IMG/VR virus record: IMGVR_UViG_3300008262_000047
Source: a virus
Direction: 5' to 3' (one strand)
DNA: 64,000 nucleotides
The notes beneath the pieces were generated by a model, which was not told where the DNA came from, did no database searches, and was given only the letters and a program-made list of their open reading frames with translations. The position numbers were made by a program, and so were the translations under genes. Of the stretch, positions 17,510-27,886 are shown piece after piece (positions within the stretch are counted from its first letter, which is position 1; each line of letters opens with the position of its first letter).

Positions 17510-20500
17510 ATGGCTATCAATTTAGGAACTTCACCCTACTATGATGATTTTGATGTTGAAAAGAATTTTCACCGAGTTCTTTTCAAGCCCGGTTATGCGG
17601 TTCAAGCCCGTGAACTTACTCAACTTCAAACCATTTTACAAAACCAAATACAACGTTTTGGTGACCATGTATTCAAAGATGGTTCTGTTGTAGTTGGTTG
17701 TGCTGAAACATTTCAGTTCAATGTACCATTTGTAAAAGTAAAAAACACCGATTCGGCAGGTATCACAATTGGTAGTTCTGCATATGAGTTATACAAAACA
17801 ACGCTTGTGAATGCCGTTGTTAGTAACGAACTGGGTGTATCTGCCAAAATTGTGCGCGTTGATGAAGATTCAACAGGACAACGAGTTCTGTATTTGAATT
17901 ACCAATCATCATTCTACGATGAAACAGCACAAGAACTCATCACTGTGTTTGCTGAAGATGAAGCACTCACTGTGGTTGATTCAACTGGTATAACACAATC
18001 ATTTAGATTTTCTGTTTCAAGTAGTTCAGCCACAGGTGTAGGTTCACTCTACACCATTGATGATGGCATTGTCTATGTTGATGGAACATTTGTCCGTCAT
18101 AACTCACAGACTAAAGTTCTGAGTTTCTATAGTAGTACACCAACAAAAAATATTGGATTCAGAATTATTACCAGTACGGTAACATCAAATGATGATGTAA
18201 GTTTACTTGATCCTGCTGCAGGGTCTTACAATTATGCAGCACCTGGCGGCGACCGATATAAACTTACCACACAACTTGAATCTTACGAAATAACAACAAC
18301 ACCTGACCAAGGATTCCATCTTCTATTCTTAGTTGAAGAAGGAAAGGTGAAGCGCGCATTTAACAAGCCACAATATTCAGAATTACAACGAGTATTGGCA
18401 CAACGAACATATGATGAATCAGGTAACTATGTTGTCACAGGATTAAACGTCAATGTTCGTGAACATTTAAAAACATCAACAAATAATGGTAAGTACACAG
18501 TAGAAACTATTGGCGATGCTTCCAAGTTGGTGTATGGTGTTGAACCCGGTAAAGCCTATGTAGAAGGATTTGATACAGAATTAAAGTCCACTGATTATCT
18601 TGCAGTTGATAAGGCAACTGATACATTACTAGTTGATGAACAACAAATTCCTACATTGTTTGGTAATTATGTTTATGTAAAGTCGGTGACCGGTAGTTGG
18701 TCATTGGCTGAAAACAATGCCACACTCAATCTCCGTGACGGTAGTAGTGTTTTAATTGCCACGGCAAAATTCCGTCTATTACGTTTCTATCGTGATGTTA
18801 CAGGAACAGGAAGTTCAAAATTCTACAAGTTATATTTGTATGGCATCACACTAGAAGCGGGCAAGACGGTTGATGATTTAACAACAATTCGTAACATCAC
18901 AACAACAAATTCTAGTGCCACGGTGGCCATTACACCTGGAGATGATTTAGGTTCAGTTACACAAACTGGATTTAAATTACACGAAGGCACATATAATTCA
19001 CTACTATTCCCCACAGGATCCCAAGCTGTTGTGCAGTATGAAAACGATACTGACTACTTCTTCTGGAAATATTTGGGTGAATATACATTCAACGGTTCAG
19101 GTAATGGTAGTATTGCCGTAAGTGGTGTGGGACAAACCTTGGCAGGCACTAGTTCTTCCTTTAAGGATGATTTCATTGTTGTTGAACCTGTAGGTGCATC
19201 ATACAACTTAGCAGAAATCACAGGATACACACCAACCAATACAACGTCAGGTACATTGGCAGTTGCCGTGGGTGATGCAGGCGCAAACAGAAAAGTATAT
19301 GCACGAGTTCGTCAAGGTAATGGTGCGCCTATTGATTTGACACTTGACACCACATTTTTGGCAGTGGATGGCTCAACATTAACTTCTACTAGTGCCACTA
19401 ATTTAGCAGCAGGTAGAATTTACCTAGGCGTATCACACGCATTACAACTTGTATCAGTACACATTGCCGACGATACTGAAGCATACCCATCAACTGAAAG
19501 TGGTTTGAGTGCATGGAGTAATGTCACTTCAGAATTTACTCTATATGAAAACTCAAATGACAACGTATACAATACATCATATGTTCAATATACAGGTGCT
19601 GAAGATTTAACTGAAAAGAAAATTGTGTTGAAGTTAAAAAACTTCACACGCTCATCAACATTAGGTTACCTAAATAGAAATTCATATCAAAGTGCCTTGA
19701 TTGATTTTGATCCAACAACACTTGATTACAACAAGCAAATCTTCACATATGAATTACCCGTGTATACATCAGAATCAACAGGCATCACATATGATATTCG
19801 TGATGTAATTGATTTCCGACCAACCGTTGAATTACGTTCGGGATATTCAGGTCAAACATATGTTGACGCCAAAAACAACAATATGAATGCATCACATAAT
19901 GTGCCTATCACAACGTTAGATACAACAAATGGTATAACGATACCTGATCCCGATAGCACATTGACGGCATCATTCACCATTAATTTACCCAGAAAGGATA
20001 AAGTTGTATTAACCCGCGATGGTGAATTTAAGGTGATTACTGGTGTGTCTGCACTTAACCCACAAACACCTGCCGATGCCATTAACGCCATGACATTGGC
20101 AGTCATAGAATTGGCACCATATCCATCATTATCAACATTTGCTTCTCGCGTCTACGACCGCGAAGATTATGCATCAATTGTTCGTTTAGTAGATAATCGT
20201 CGTTACACAATGCGTGACATTGGTGAACTTGAACAACGTGTGAATAGACTTGAATACTACACAGCATTGTCAATTGCTGAAAATCGTGCTGCCAATATGT
20301 TGATTACAGACGATTCAGGTAACGCCATGGTTAAGAAGGGTATTCTTGTTGATGCCTTCGATGGACATGATATTGGTAACGTGTTTGATGCTGATTACTA
20401 TGCATCAATTGATACCAAGAATAAAATATTACGAGCACCCTTCGCATTAAACAACATTGAACTTCATTTACCTTCTGATGAATCTGAGGTCATCACAACA

Positions 20501-23218
20501 GGATATTCAGGTACATTTACCACTATCACAGAAAATAAATTTGCGTCAAAGGGTCGTGTCTGTGGTAATTTGTTACTAGGTAATTACATGGCAGGCGATT
20601 TACGTTTGGATCCGCCACAAATCACATGGGTAGATACACAAGTTCGTCCTGATGTTCAAGTAAATTATAACGGCGTTAATGATGGATGGGAATTCAATAC
20701 AAACGCCTTCAAGTTACACTGGAACAGTTGGAAAACCATATGGCAAGGTGTTGAAACAACCAATCTTCCTGTATTGAGTGTCACTACAGTTGCAGGTTTG
20801 GTAGGTGTTCGTGGTAGTGAAGCGGCACCATTAATTTCAGATGTCACAAAAAACATCATTACATCAGGTAAACTCCCAGAAAACAATCTTAGAAATATTG
20901 GTGTTCGTGTATTAGACGTTTCTGTTGTCCCATACATTGAAAAGCAAATCATCACATTCACTGCAACAGGATTGAAACCCGGTACGGCTGTTCAGGCATA
21001 TTTTGACGGCGAAGATGTCTCAGCACATTGCCGTTACTTTACATTGCCTACCGGTGTTACTGTAAATACAATACGTAATTTGTCAGAAGGCATATTGTCA
21101 TCACAATATACACCAAGTGCTTCGGCATACGGTGATCCATTAATTGTTGCAACCGATGGTACCTTAGTGGGACAATTCTTAATCCCTGCGAATACATTCC
21201 GCGTGGGAAATAAGGTGTTTAAATTAACAGATGCTTCAGAAACAACATCAGCGGCTGCACAATTACAATCATCAGGTGTCCCTAATATTGATGATGGTTC
21301 AATTTCATCAACACGATTCCCAGCAATTCGTCAAGATGCTCTTTCTGAAACACAAAACAATGTTGTGAGTCGTTTGTTGTTGTCTAATCCATCAACATTC
21401 AATCCCGCATCATTTGGCGATCCCATGGCACAGACCTTCATCATTGAAGGACATCCCGATGGTGTGTTCTTGAATAAGGTTGAATTGTTCTTCAAGAGAA
21501 AGTCATCAACCAAGAAGTTCACCATTCAAATCCGTGAAGTCATTAATGGATTCCCGGGCAATAAAATTGTACCGTTCAGTACCAAGACATTAAATGCGTC
21601 AGAAATTTCCGTCTCAGGTACTGCAAATACAGCAACCACATTTACATTTGAATCTCCGGTATATCTAAAGAACAACACAGAATATGCTCTTATGTTATTG
21701 CCTGAAAACAACACGACTGAATATGAAGTGTGGGTTTCTGAATTGGGTGAAAATTTAATAGGCACTAACGAACGTATCACACAACAACCTTATGTTGGTG
21801 TATTGTTCATTCCTAATAATAACACCATCTGGACAGCATTAGAATCTGAAGATTTGAAATTCAAAATGTATTCTAGAAGTTTTGAAACAACACGTACCGT
21901 CATTCTTGAATCTAAGCCCATTGATTACGTCACCATTTCACAAACAGGTACGTATGTTTTGAAACCAGGTGATGTTGTTCAAGTATTTGATGACACACAA
22001 ACAGTATTGCCCGGAACAATTCAAGTATCAGAAAATGATACCATTGCGGGTTCAAGTACAGACTTCACCGACCTATCAGTGGGTGACCAACTTCGTGTAT
22101 TTGCACCTTCGACAACAACCAATTTTACAGGTACTATCAGTATAACAGGTACTGCTGTCACTGGTTCAGCCACAACATTCACCTCAGACCTACGTGTGGG
22201 TGACATTCTATATCAAGATGATAACATCACTGTTATTGGAAAGGTGGCATCAATTCAATCTGACACAGCATTAACACTTGAAGCCTCAGGGTCAGGTACT
22301 ACATTGAATTATCGAGCACGCGCTTTGTTAGGTACAGTAAAAGACATCATCTCTGATACAAGTTTAGTTCTTGAAAATGATGCAGTGAATATCACAGGAA
22401 CAGGATTAACCTTCTATAAGGATGATACAACAGCTACAGGTTATGTCACGAAGGTGTATGGCACAACGGCTGAAATATTCATAACCTCAGGTAGTTTGGC
22501 AACAAACGATACATTCACACGTGGTGCGTCTACATTCACCTTTGATAGTATTGATAACAAGCAAGCTACAGCACTTTCACCTAACTTAGGTATCTTGAGT
22601 TTAAATCCCTCAACACAAGTGAAATTATCATACACACTACTTGATACATCAAGTACATATTATCCCGGGTTAGGCGCATATATTACTGTGAACAATAATG
22701 ATACTGTTGAGTTGCCTAAAGAATTCACAATTTATTCTCATTCAAACACAACAGGAAACATTCCTACATTGAAGATAAAGGCGGAATTATCAACCAATAA
22801 TTCATTGTTAACACCTGTGTTAGACACACGAAAAATTTCTGTTCTAACATTGGCGAATGACATTGCCGCATCTGGTTCTTCAGATGCCGTGTATGTCACA
22901 CGAACTGTAACATTGGATGGTGACGGCGCCGATGACTTGCGTGTATTCTTCGATATGATTCGTCCTGAACAATGTTCTGTAATTGTAGAAGCCAAGATGC
23001 AGAATGTAGAAGATGATAGACCGTTTGCTGATGTTGATTGGGTAACGTTGAATGAACAGGCTCCTGTTGTATATAATGGTAACATCTATCAGGAATATAG
23101 TTACAGTGTGTCAGCTCCTTCATCATTTGCCAAGTTTGCTGTGAAAATTACAATGAACTCCACTGATAAGAGTAAAACTCCTCTCATTAAGAATCTCAGA
23201 GCAGTAGCGGTGATTTAA
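17510..23218 (+). CDS. Very large virion structural protein (VrlC/DUF4815-like)
   Basis: PYYDDFD...FHRVLFKPGYAVQARELTQLQ, RTYDESGNY, RRYTMRDIGELEQR, DPMAQTF. Confidence 0.8.
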   Translation: MAINLGTSPYYDDFDVEKNFHRVLFKPGYAVQARELTQLQTILQNQIQRFGDHVFKDGSVVVGCAETFQFNVPFVKVKNTDSAGITIGSSAYELYKTTLVNAVVSNELGVSAKIVRVDEDSTGQRVLYLNYQSSFYDETAQELITVFAEDEALTVVDSTGITQSFRFSVSSSSATGVGSLYTIDDGIVYVDGTFVRHNSQTKVLSFYSSTPTKNIGFRIITSTVTSNDDVSLLDPAAGSYNYAAPGGDRYKLTTQLESYEITTTPDQGFHLLFLVEEGKVKRAFNKPQYSELQRVLAQRTYDESGNYVVTGLNVNVREHLKTSTNNGKYTVETIGDASKLVYGVEPGKAYVEGFDTELKSTDYLAVDKATDTLLVDEQQIPTLFGNYVYVKSVTGSWSLAENNATLNLRDGSSVLIATAKFRLLRFYRDVTGTGSSKFYKLYLYGITLEAGKTVDDLTTIRNITTTNSSATVAITPGDDLGSVTQTGFKLHEGTYNSLLFPTGSQAVVQYENDTDYFFWKYLGEYTFNGSGNGSIAVSGVGQTLAGTSSSFKDDFIVVEPVGASYNLAEITGYTPTNTTSGTLAVAVGDAGANRKVYARVRQGNGAPIDLTLDTTFLAVDGSTLTSTSATNLAAGRIYLGVSHALQLVSVHIADDTEAYPSTESGLSAWSNVTSEFTLYENSNDNVYNTSYVQYTGAEDLTEKKIVLKLKNFTRSSTLGYLNRNSYQSALIDFDPTTLDYNKQIFTYELPVYTSESTGITYDIRDVIDFRPTVELRSGYSGQTYVDAKNNNMNASHNVPITTLDTTNGITIPDPDSTLTASFTINLPRKDKVVLTRDGEFKVITGVSALNPQTPADAINAMTLAVIELAPYPSLSTFASRVYDREDYASIVRLVDNRRYTMRDIGELEQRVNRLEYYTALSIAENRAANMLITDDSGNAMVKKGILVDAFDGHDIGNVFDADYYASIDTKNKILRAPFALNNIELHLPSDESEVITTGYSGTFTTITENKFASKGRVCGNLLLGNYMAGDLRLDPPQITWVDTQVRPDVQVNYNGVNDGWEFNTNAFKLHWNSWKTIWQGVETTNLPVLSVTTVAGLVGVRGSEAAPLISDVTKNIITSGKLPENNLRNIGVRVLDVSVVPYIEKQIITFTATGLKPGTAVQAYFDGEDVSAHCRYFTLPTGVTVNTIRNLSEGILSSQYTPSASAYGDPLIVATDGTLVGQFLIPANTFRVGNKVFKLTDASETTSAAAQLQSSGVPNIDDGSISSTRFPAIRQDALSETQNNVVSRLLLSNPSTFNPASFGDPMAQTFIIEGHPDGVFLNKVELFFKRKSSTKKFTIQIREVINGFPGNKIVPFSTKTLNASEISVSGTANTATTFTFESPVYLKNNTEYALMLLPENNTTEYEVWVSELGENLIGTNERITQQPYVGVLFIPNNNTIWTALESEDLKFKMYSRSFETTRTVILESKPIDYVTISQTGTYVLKPGDVVQVFDDTQTVLPGTIQVSENDTIAGSSTDFTDLSVGDQLRVFAPSTTTNFTGTISITGTAVTGSATTFTSDLRVGDILYQDDNITVIGKVASIQSDTALTLEASGSGTTLNYRARALLGTVKDIISDTSLVLENDAVNITGTGLTFYKDDTTATGYVTKVYGTTAEIFITSGSLATNDTFTRGASTFTFDSIDNKQATALSPNLGILSLNPSTQVKLSYTLLDTSSTYYPGLGAYITVNNNDTVELPKEFTIYSHSNTTGNIPTLKIKAELSTNNSLLTPVLDTRKISVLTLANDIAASGSSDAVYVTRTVTLDGDGADDLRVFFDMIRPEQCSVIVEAKMQNVEDDRPFADVDWVTLNEQAPVVYNGNIYQEYSYSVSAPSSFAKFAVKITMNSTDKSKTPLIKNLRAVAVI

Positions 23219-23409
23219 TGGAAACGCCATTTGTACGTGATAAGCATTCCAAGGCACTTATAAATACTGACACAACAGTTATTTTTGCTCGGCGTCAAGA
23301 AAAGCGTCAAGTGCAGAAGATATCCGAGCTTCAAGAAGAAATTACTGAAGTCAAAAACGACTTATTAGAAATAAAACAATTATTACAATCAATAATCAAC
23401 AGAGGATAA
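23218..23409 (+). CDS. Small coiled-coil hypothetical protein
   Basis: Coupled to the upstream stop (TAATG); RDKHSKALINTD plus C-terminal heptads. Confidence 0.7.
   Translation: METPFVRDKHSKALINTDTTVIFARRQEKRQVQKISELQEEITEVKNDLLEIKQLLQSIINRG
23259..23266 (+). promoter_or_regulatory. Late promoter TATAAATA (internal, upstream of fibre gene 23413)
   Basis: Exact motif. Confidence 0.55.
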
Positions 23410-23412
23410 CTT

Positions 23413-24363
23413 ATGGCTACTTTAACGCTTCGCCAAACAGCCCCAGCAGCAGGAACAAACAAAGGTGCCCCACTTACTAATGCAGAAGTTGACGCCAACT
23501 TCAACAGTTTAGATGTTGCCAAATTGGAAAAATCAGGCGGCACAATGACGGGAACTTTAGTTCTTGTAACAGGAACAACAACCATTGCTCCTGTAAAACT
23601 TGTGTCTGGCACAAACTTAACAACTCCACAAGCAGGTGCCGTCGAATTTAACGGCACGAACTTGTTTTTCACCCCAAGTTCAACACGCAAAACTGTCGCC
23701 TTCACTGATAGTAACATCACAGGCACATCGGCAGGTTGGACAACTGGTCGCACCGTGACATTCGCCACAGGCGATGTAACAGGTAACTTCACCATTGATG
23801 GTTCTGCAAACGTATCAAACGTAGCGTTAACAATTGCCGCCAACTCAGTTGCTTTAGGCACCGATACTACAGGTGATTATGTCGCATCATTAGTGGCAGG
23901 CACAGGTGTTACATTAACAAATAATAGTGGTGAGAGTGCCACACCCACTGTTGCCATTGGTCAAGCCGTAGGAACAGCAAGTAACGTGACATTTGGAAGT
24001 ATCAATGTGGGCTCAGCAACAGGTGCTGCCACAGGACAAATCAAGGCATCAGGTGACATCATTGCCTTCTCATCCTCAGATGCAGGATTAAAGACAGATG
24101 TTGCAGTTATTTCTGATGCTCTCACAAAGGTGAAGGCACTTCGCGGTGTCACATATACTTGGAATGAAGAAGCTAATGCATTAGGATTACATGGGGCAGA
24201 TACAGGTGTTATTGCACAAGACGTTGCCGGTGTACTACCTGAAGTTGTAACAACCCGTGAAAGTGGTCACATGGCTGTGAAGTATGAAAAGATGATTGGG
24301 TTGTTGATTGAAGCCATTAAGGAATTGGATGATAAGTTAAGTAAGTGCAACTGCACTAAGTAA
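23413..24363 (+). CDS. Tail fibre with C-terminal intramolecular chaperone (peptidase S74-like)
   Basis: SSDAGLK...LRGVTYTW...GVIAQDV...LPEVV...VKYEKMIGLLIEAIKEL. Confidence 0.85.
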   Translation: MATLTLRQTAPAAGTNKGAPLTNAEVDANFNSLDVAKLEKSGGTMTGTLVLVTGTTTIAPVKLVSGTNLTTPQAGAVEFNGTNLFFTPSSTRKTVAFTDSNITGTSAGWTTGRTVTFATGDVTGNFTIDGSANVSNVALTIAANSVALGTDTTGDYVASLVAGTGVTLTNNSGESATPTVAIGQAVGTASNVTFGSINVGSATGAATGQIKASGDIIAFSSSDAGLKTDVAVISDALTKVKALRGVTYTWNEEANALGLHGADTGVIAQDVAGVLPEVVTTRESGHMAVKYEKMIGLLIEAIKELDDKLSKCNCTK

Positions 24364-24384
24364 TAACACAGGAGAACATAGACA

Positions 24385-25713
24385 ATGGCCATCGTATCCA
24401 GCGGGCAAATTTCAATTAAAGATGTAGGCGACGAAAAGGGATTGCCGTCAAGTGAACTATCCCTTCAGTCATTGTCTACAAACAATGTTAACACATTGGA
24501 TCCTTCTCCTAAGGTGCCTGCTAACACTTCGGGTGCGGTAGGTAATTATCCTGACGGTTCAACACCTCATGCTATCAGTGAGTTTTTTGCCTATAATCAT
24601 AATTTTACTACTACAACTACCGCGGCACCAACAACTACAACATCCACATCAACAACAACGACGACATCAACAACAGAACCACCAACAACGACGACATCAA
24701 CAACATCTACAACATCTACAACATCTACAACAGAACCACCAACAACGACGACATCAACAACATCTACAACATCTACAACAGAACCACCAACAACGACGAC
24801 ATCAACAACAGAACCACCAACAACGACGACATCTACATCTACAACATCTACAACATCTACAACATCTACAACATCTACATCAACAACATCAACTACATCA
24901 ACAACCACAGCGGCGCTCGGTGATTGTTGGACCGTATACAACACTTCACCATTCAACAATCAACAAACCTATGTGTTCGACTATATACCCTATGGTAGTG
25001 CTGGATATATACAAGGATCATTGGATTTCGGCCAATTTGTTAATTTATGTGTAGCACCAGGTACGTTGATTGTAGATGTAAGCGGACAAGGTGGATCTAC
25101 ATCAGGTGGATTTGGAGTATGTACCAACGACTCTCAATGTTCAGGCTCACCCCCAGCAACAACTACTACAACTACAACAGCAGCCACAACTACTACAACA
25201 GCAGCCACAACTACTACAACAGCAGTCTGTTATAGTTCAACATTGGGACTTTCAGGTGTTCAAGGAAGTATATCTGGAGCCTGTTCAGCCGCAGCACAAT
25301 TCACATATTATGTGGGTGGAACCAAGTTGTATACTGACTCGGGATGTGGCACGTTTGCAGACGCCGGTTATTATGGCGATGGAGGTGGGGTATACTATCA
25401 AGTAACAGGCGCAGGTAACTTGACAGGCCCAACATCGTGCCCAGGCGGAACAACGACAACAACTGCAGCTCCCACAACAACTACAACAGCAGCTCCCACA
25501 ACAACTACAACAGCAGCAGCAACAACAACTACAACAGCAGCAGCAACAACAACAACGACAACATGTGTCGTGGGTTGTTTACCTGGCACATCAACATGTA
25601 TAGGTGACGCTGCTGTATGTGACCTTCAAAATGACGATTGCACAATCACATATGGATATTTGGTACAAAACTGTGATCCTGGCTGTTGTTCAGGTGGTGC
25701 ATGTATCTGCTAA
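24385..25713 (+). CDS. Mucin-like Thr-rich, Cys-rich protein; candidate fibre-tip adhesin
   Basis: AGGAG RBS; N-terminal SSGQISIKDV...PHAISEFFAYNH module; three Thr tracts separating Cys-rich domains (18 Cys). Confidence 0.75.
   Translation: MAIVSSGQISIKDVGDEKGLPSSELSLQSLSTNNVNTLDPSPKVPANTSGAVGNYPDGSTPHAISEFFAYNHNFTTTTTAAPTTTTSTSTTTTTSTTEPPTTTTSTTSTTSTTSTTEPPTTTTSTTSTTSTTEPPTTTTSTTEPPTTTTSTSTTSTTSTTSTTSTSTTSTTSTTTAALGDCWTVYNTSPFNNQQTYVFDYIPYGSAGYIQGSLDFGQFVNLCVAPGTLIVDVSGQGGSTSGGFGVCTNDSQCSGSPPATTTTTTTAATTTTTAATTTTTAVCYSSTLGLSGVQGSISGACSAAAQFTYYVGGTKLYTDSGCGTFADAGYYGDGGGVYYQVTGAGNLTGPTSCPGGTTTTTAAPTTTTTAAPTTTTTAAATTTTTAAATTTTTTCVVGCLPGTSTCIGDAAVCDLQNDDCTITYGYLVQNCDPGCCSGGACIC
24607..24909 (+). 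repeat. Coding tandem repeats (ACATCTACA / ACAGAACCACCAACAACGACG) encoding the TTSTTEPP tract
   Basis: Directly visible; shorter Thr/Ala tracts at ~25159-25220 and ~25450-25563. Confidence 0.9.
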
Positions 25714-25742
25714 ATCATTAACAACAAGGTGATATTTACTTT

Positions 25743-26693
25743 ATGAAAAACTTACGTTATATATCAGCCCAACCTGCCATTGATTATTACACATGGCAGG
25801 TTGAGGTTATGATACACAATTTTTTAAAAAATGGTTTAAATCCAAACAATATAGATATTGTATGTTCCATTAAAAACAATCATATCCCTGATGCTTGGAT
25901 TAAATTAGCTAATCACTATAACACGGTTCGATTCTTTTTTTATAATGATGACAGAGAAAATTCGGTATATATTTCTTCAATTCGTCCACACATTCTACAA
26001 AAACATTTTGAGAAGCATCCTTATTTAAAAGATGAAGCCATTATGTATCATGATTGCGATATCATTCTCACGAAGCCCCCACAATGGGACCATTTAGTGC
26101 ATGACGATGTTTGGTATTTAAGTGACACGCGCTATTACATTGGAGCAGAATATATTAAAAGCAAAAAATGTGGTGTGTACGAACGCATGTGTGAAATTGT
26201 AGGTATAAGTGAAGATGTTCCGGTACAATATGAGATGCACAGTGGAGGTGCTCAATATCTCATGAAAAACATTGATGCTGCTTTTTGGAAAAAGGTGTAT
26301 GAGGATTCTGAAAAATTGTATCAATTTTTTCTTGACCATCTGAAAGCATTTCCTCAAACCGATAAATATCACCCCATACAAAAATGGACTGCTGATATGT
26401 GGGCAGTTTTATGGAATGGTTGGTATTTTGGACATGATACCAAAGTGGTGGACGAATTAGAGTTCACATGGCCTATGCACGGTCTTGACTTTTGGGAGAA
26501 ATGTACTATCATGCATAATGCGGGAGTTACAGGAGAAACAGCAGATAAGGACAGAACTTTTTTTAAGGGTAAGTATGTTGACGGAAAATTACCGTATAAT
26601 AATATTACTCTTGAAAATTATAACGAAAAGATGTGTACATATAAGTATGTACAAGAAATTCTTGAAACCGCTAAAACGAGTTGTTTACTATGA
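25743..26693 (+). CDS. GT-A glycosyltransferase; resembles peptide O-glycosyltransferases (HPAT/SGT1-like)
   Basis: YYTWQ, YISSIRP, YHDCD (DxD), GGAQYL, WTADMWAVLW, HNAG; family match is by recalled motif pattern. Confidence 0.6.
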   Translation: MKNLRYISAQPAIDYYTWQVEVMIHNFLKNGLNPNNIDIVCSIKNNHIPDAWIKLANHYNTVRFFFYNDDRENSVYISSIRPHILQKHFEKHPYLKDEAIMYHDCDIILTKPPQWDHLVHDDVWYLSDTRYYIGAEYIKSKKCGVYERMCEIVGISEDVPVQYEMHSGGAQYLMKNIDAAFWKKVYEDSEKLYQFFLDHLKAFPQTDKYHPIQKWTADMWAVLWNGWYFGHDTKVVDELEFTWPMHGLDFWEKCTIMHNAGVTGETADKDRTFFKGKYVDGKLPYNNITLENYNEKMCTYKYVQEILETAKTSCLL

Positions 26694-27259
26694 GATATGA
26701 TTTTGTTGAAATAGGCACATGCGACTACCACACGTTATTAGAAGGGTGTACACCTGAACAAATAGGTTTGTCAGTCGAACCTGTAAAAACATATCTAGAC
26801 CGATTACCCGATAAACCTAATGTAACTAAGATAAACGTTGCTATATCAGCAGAAAACAACATAGTAGATTTATTTTGGGTTGAACCCGAAAATCAAGAAA
26901 AGTATAATTTAGGTTTCACAAAAGGTTGGGCCACTATAATTAAACCCCACCGAGGTCATTCTGAAGCAAAAAAGATGTTAGAGACAGGAATGTTAACTAA
27001 CCATAAAATAGAAGCCATCACATGGTCTACCCTTGTGGAACGTTATCAAATCGAATCTGTGGATTTAGTTAAGATAGACACAGAGGGTCATGATTGTGTA
27101 GTTGTTAACAGTATACTTGATTCTTCTGTTCATCCAATACAAATAGAGTTTGAAATAACACATTGCTTAAAAGAAGAATTGGCTCAGACATATTCACGCC
27201 TTCAAAAAAATAGATATACATTAATTATAGAAGGTGAAGATGCCGTATGGAGAAGATGA
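26690..27259 (+). CDS. FkbM-family methyltransferase
   Basis: FVEIG, SVEP, INVAIS, VDLVKIDTEGHD, IEFE; ATGA overlap with the upstream gene. Confidence 0.85.
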   Translation: MRYDFVEIGTCDYHTLLEGCTPEQIGLSVEPVKTYLDRLPDKPNVTKINVAISAENNIVDLFWVEPENQEKYNLGFTKGWATIIKPHRGHSEAKKMLETGMLTNHKIEAITWSTLVERYQIESVDLVKIDTEGHDCVVVNSILDSSVHPIQIEFEITHCLKEELAQTYSRLQKNRYTLIIEGEDAVWRR

Positions 27260-27886
27260 ATGATACCAAAAATAATTCATCAAATATGGGTAGGGGATTT
27301 TAAATTACCCAAGCGAGAACAGAAACTAGCAAATGAAATAAAAGAGATGCACTCGGATTACGAATATATTTTCTGGTCTTCGCCCCCACCATTATCTAAA
27401 AATATTCAAAATTGGTATGACAAATTCTACTCAATAAAAAACTATGCTTTTTGTGCAGACTTGTTACGTATTTGGGCTGTTAAAGAATTTGGAGGATTCT
27501 ACTTGGATATTGATTTTAAACCGGTGAATTCATTGGACGATTTTTTAAATTATGATGGGGTATTTTTATACCACAACGAAGGCGACTTAACTATTCCAAA
27601 TAATGTATTTGGTGCAAAAAAAGATTTAGATGTTCTAGAATACTGTACACAACAAATAAATGATAGCAATAATTGGTATGGGCCTAGTTGGTTTGGTAGT
27701 GTTGTTAAATCTTCTTTAGGGTATAGTTATGAAACCACACACGAAGTTATTAAAAACAAGATGAGGGAAAAGAATATAGAATATTTTGTGTACGGAGAAT
27801 TTGAAAATAAATATGCAAAACATTTATCATTGTACAGTTGGTCGCCTGAAATTTGGAATAGATTAAATAACCAGGAACAGTTATGA
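27260..27886 (+). CDS. Glycosyltransferase, GT32/Och1-like (DxD)
   Basis: MIPKIIHQIWVG, ADLLR, GGFYLDID. Confidence 0.9.
   Translation: MIPKIIHQIWVGDFKLPKREQKLANEIKEMHSDYEYIFWSSPPPLSKNIQNWYDKFYSIKNYAFCADLLRIWAVKEFGGFYLDIDFKPVNSLDDFLNYDGVFLYHNEGDLTIPNNVFGAKKDLDVLEYCTQQINDSNNWYGPSWFGSVVKSSLGYSYETTHEVIKNKMREKNIEYFVYGEFENKYAKHLSLYSWSPEIWNRLNNQEQL

Noticed and set aside
24607-24909. Possible CRISPR array
   Set aside because: Short in-frame tandem repeats with no unique spacers and no cas genes.
24569-25405. Gln/His-rich (+) and Val-rich (-) ORFs over the mucin-like gene
   Set aside because: These are alternate-frame shadows of the ACA/ACT repeats. Only the Thr frame has an RBS and a paralogous N-terminus.
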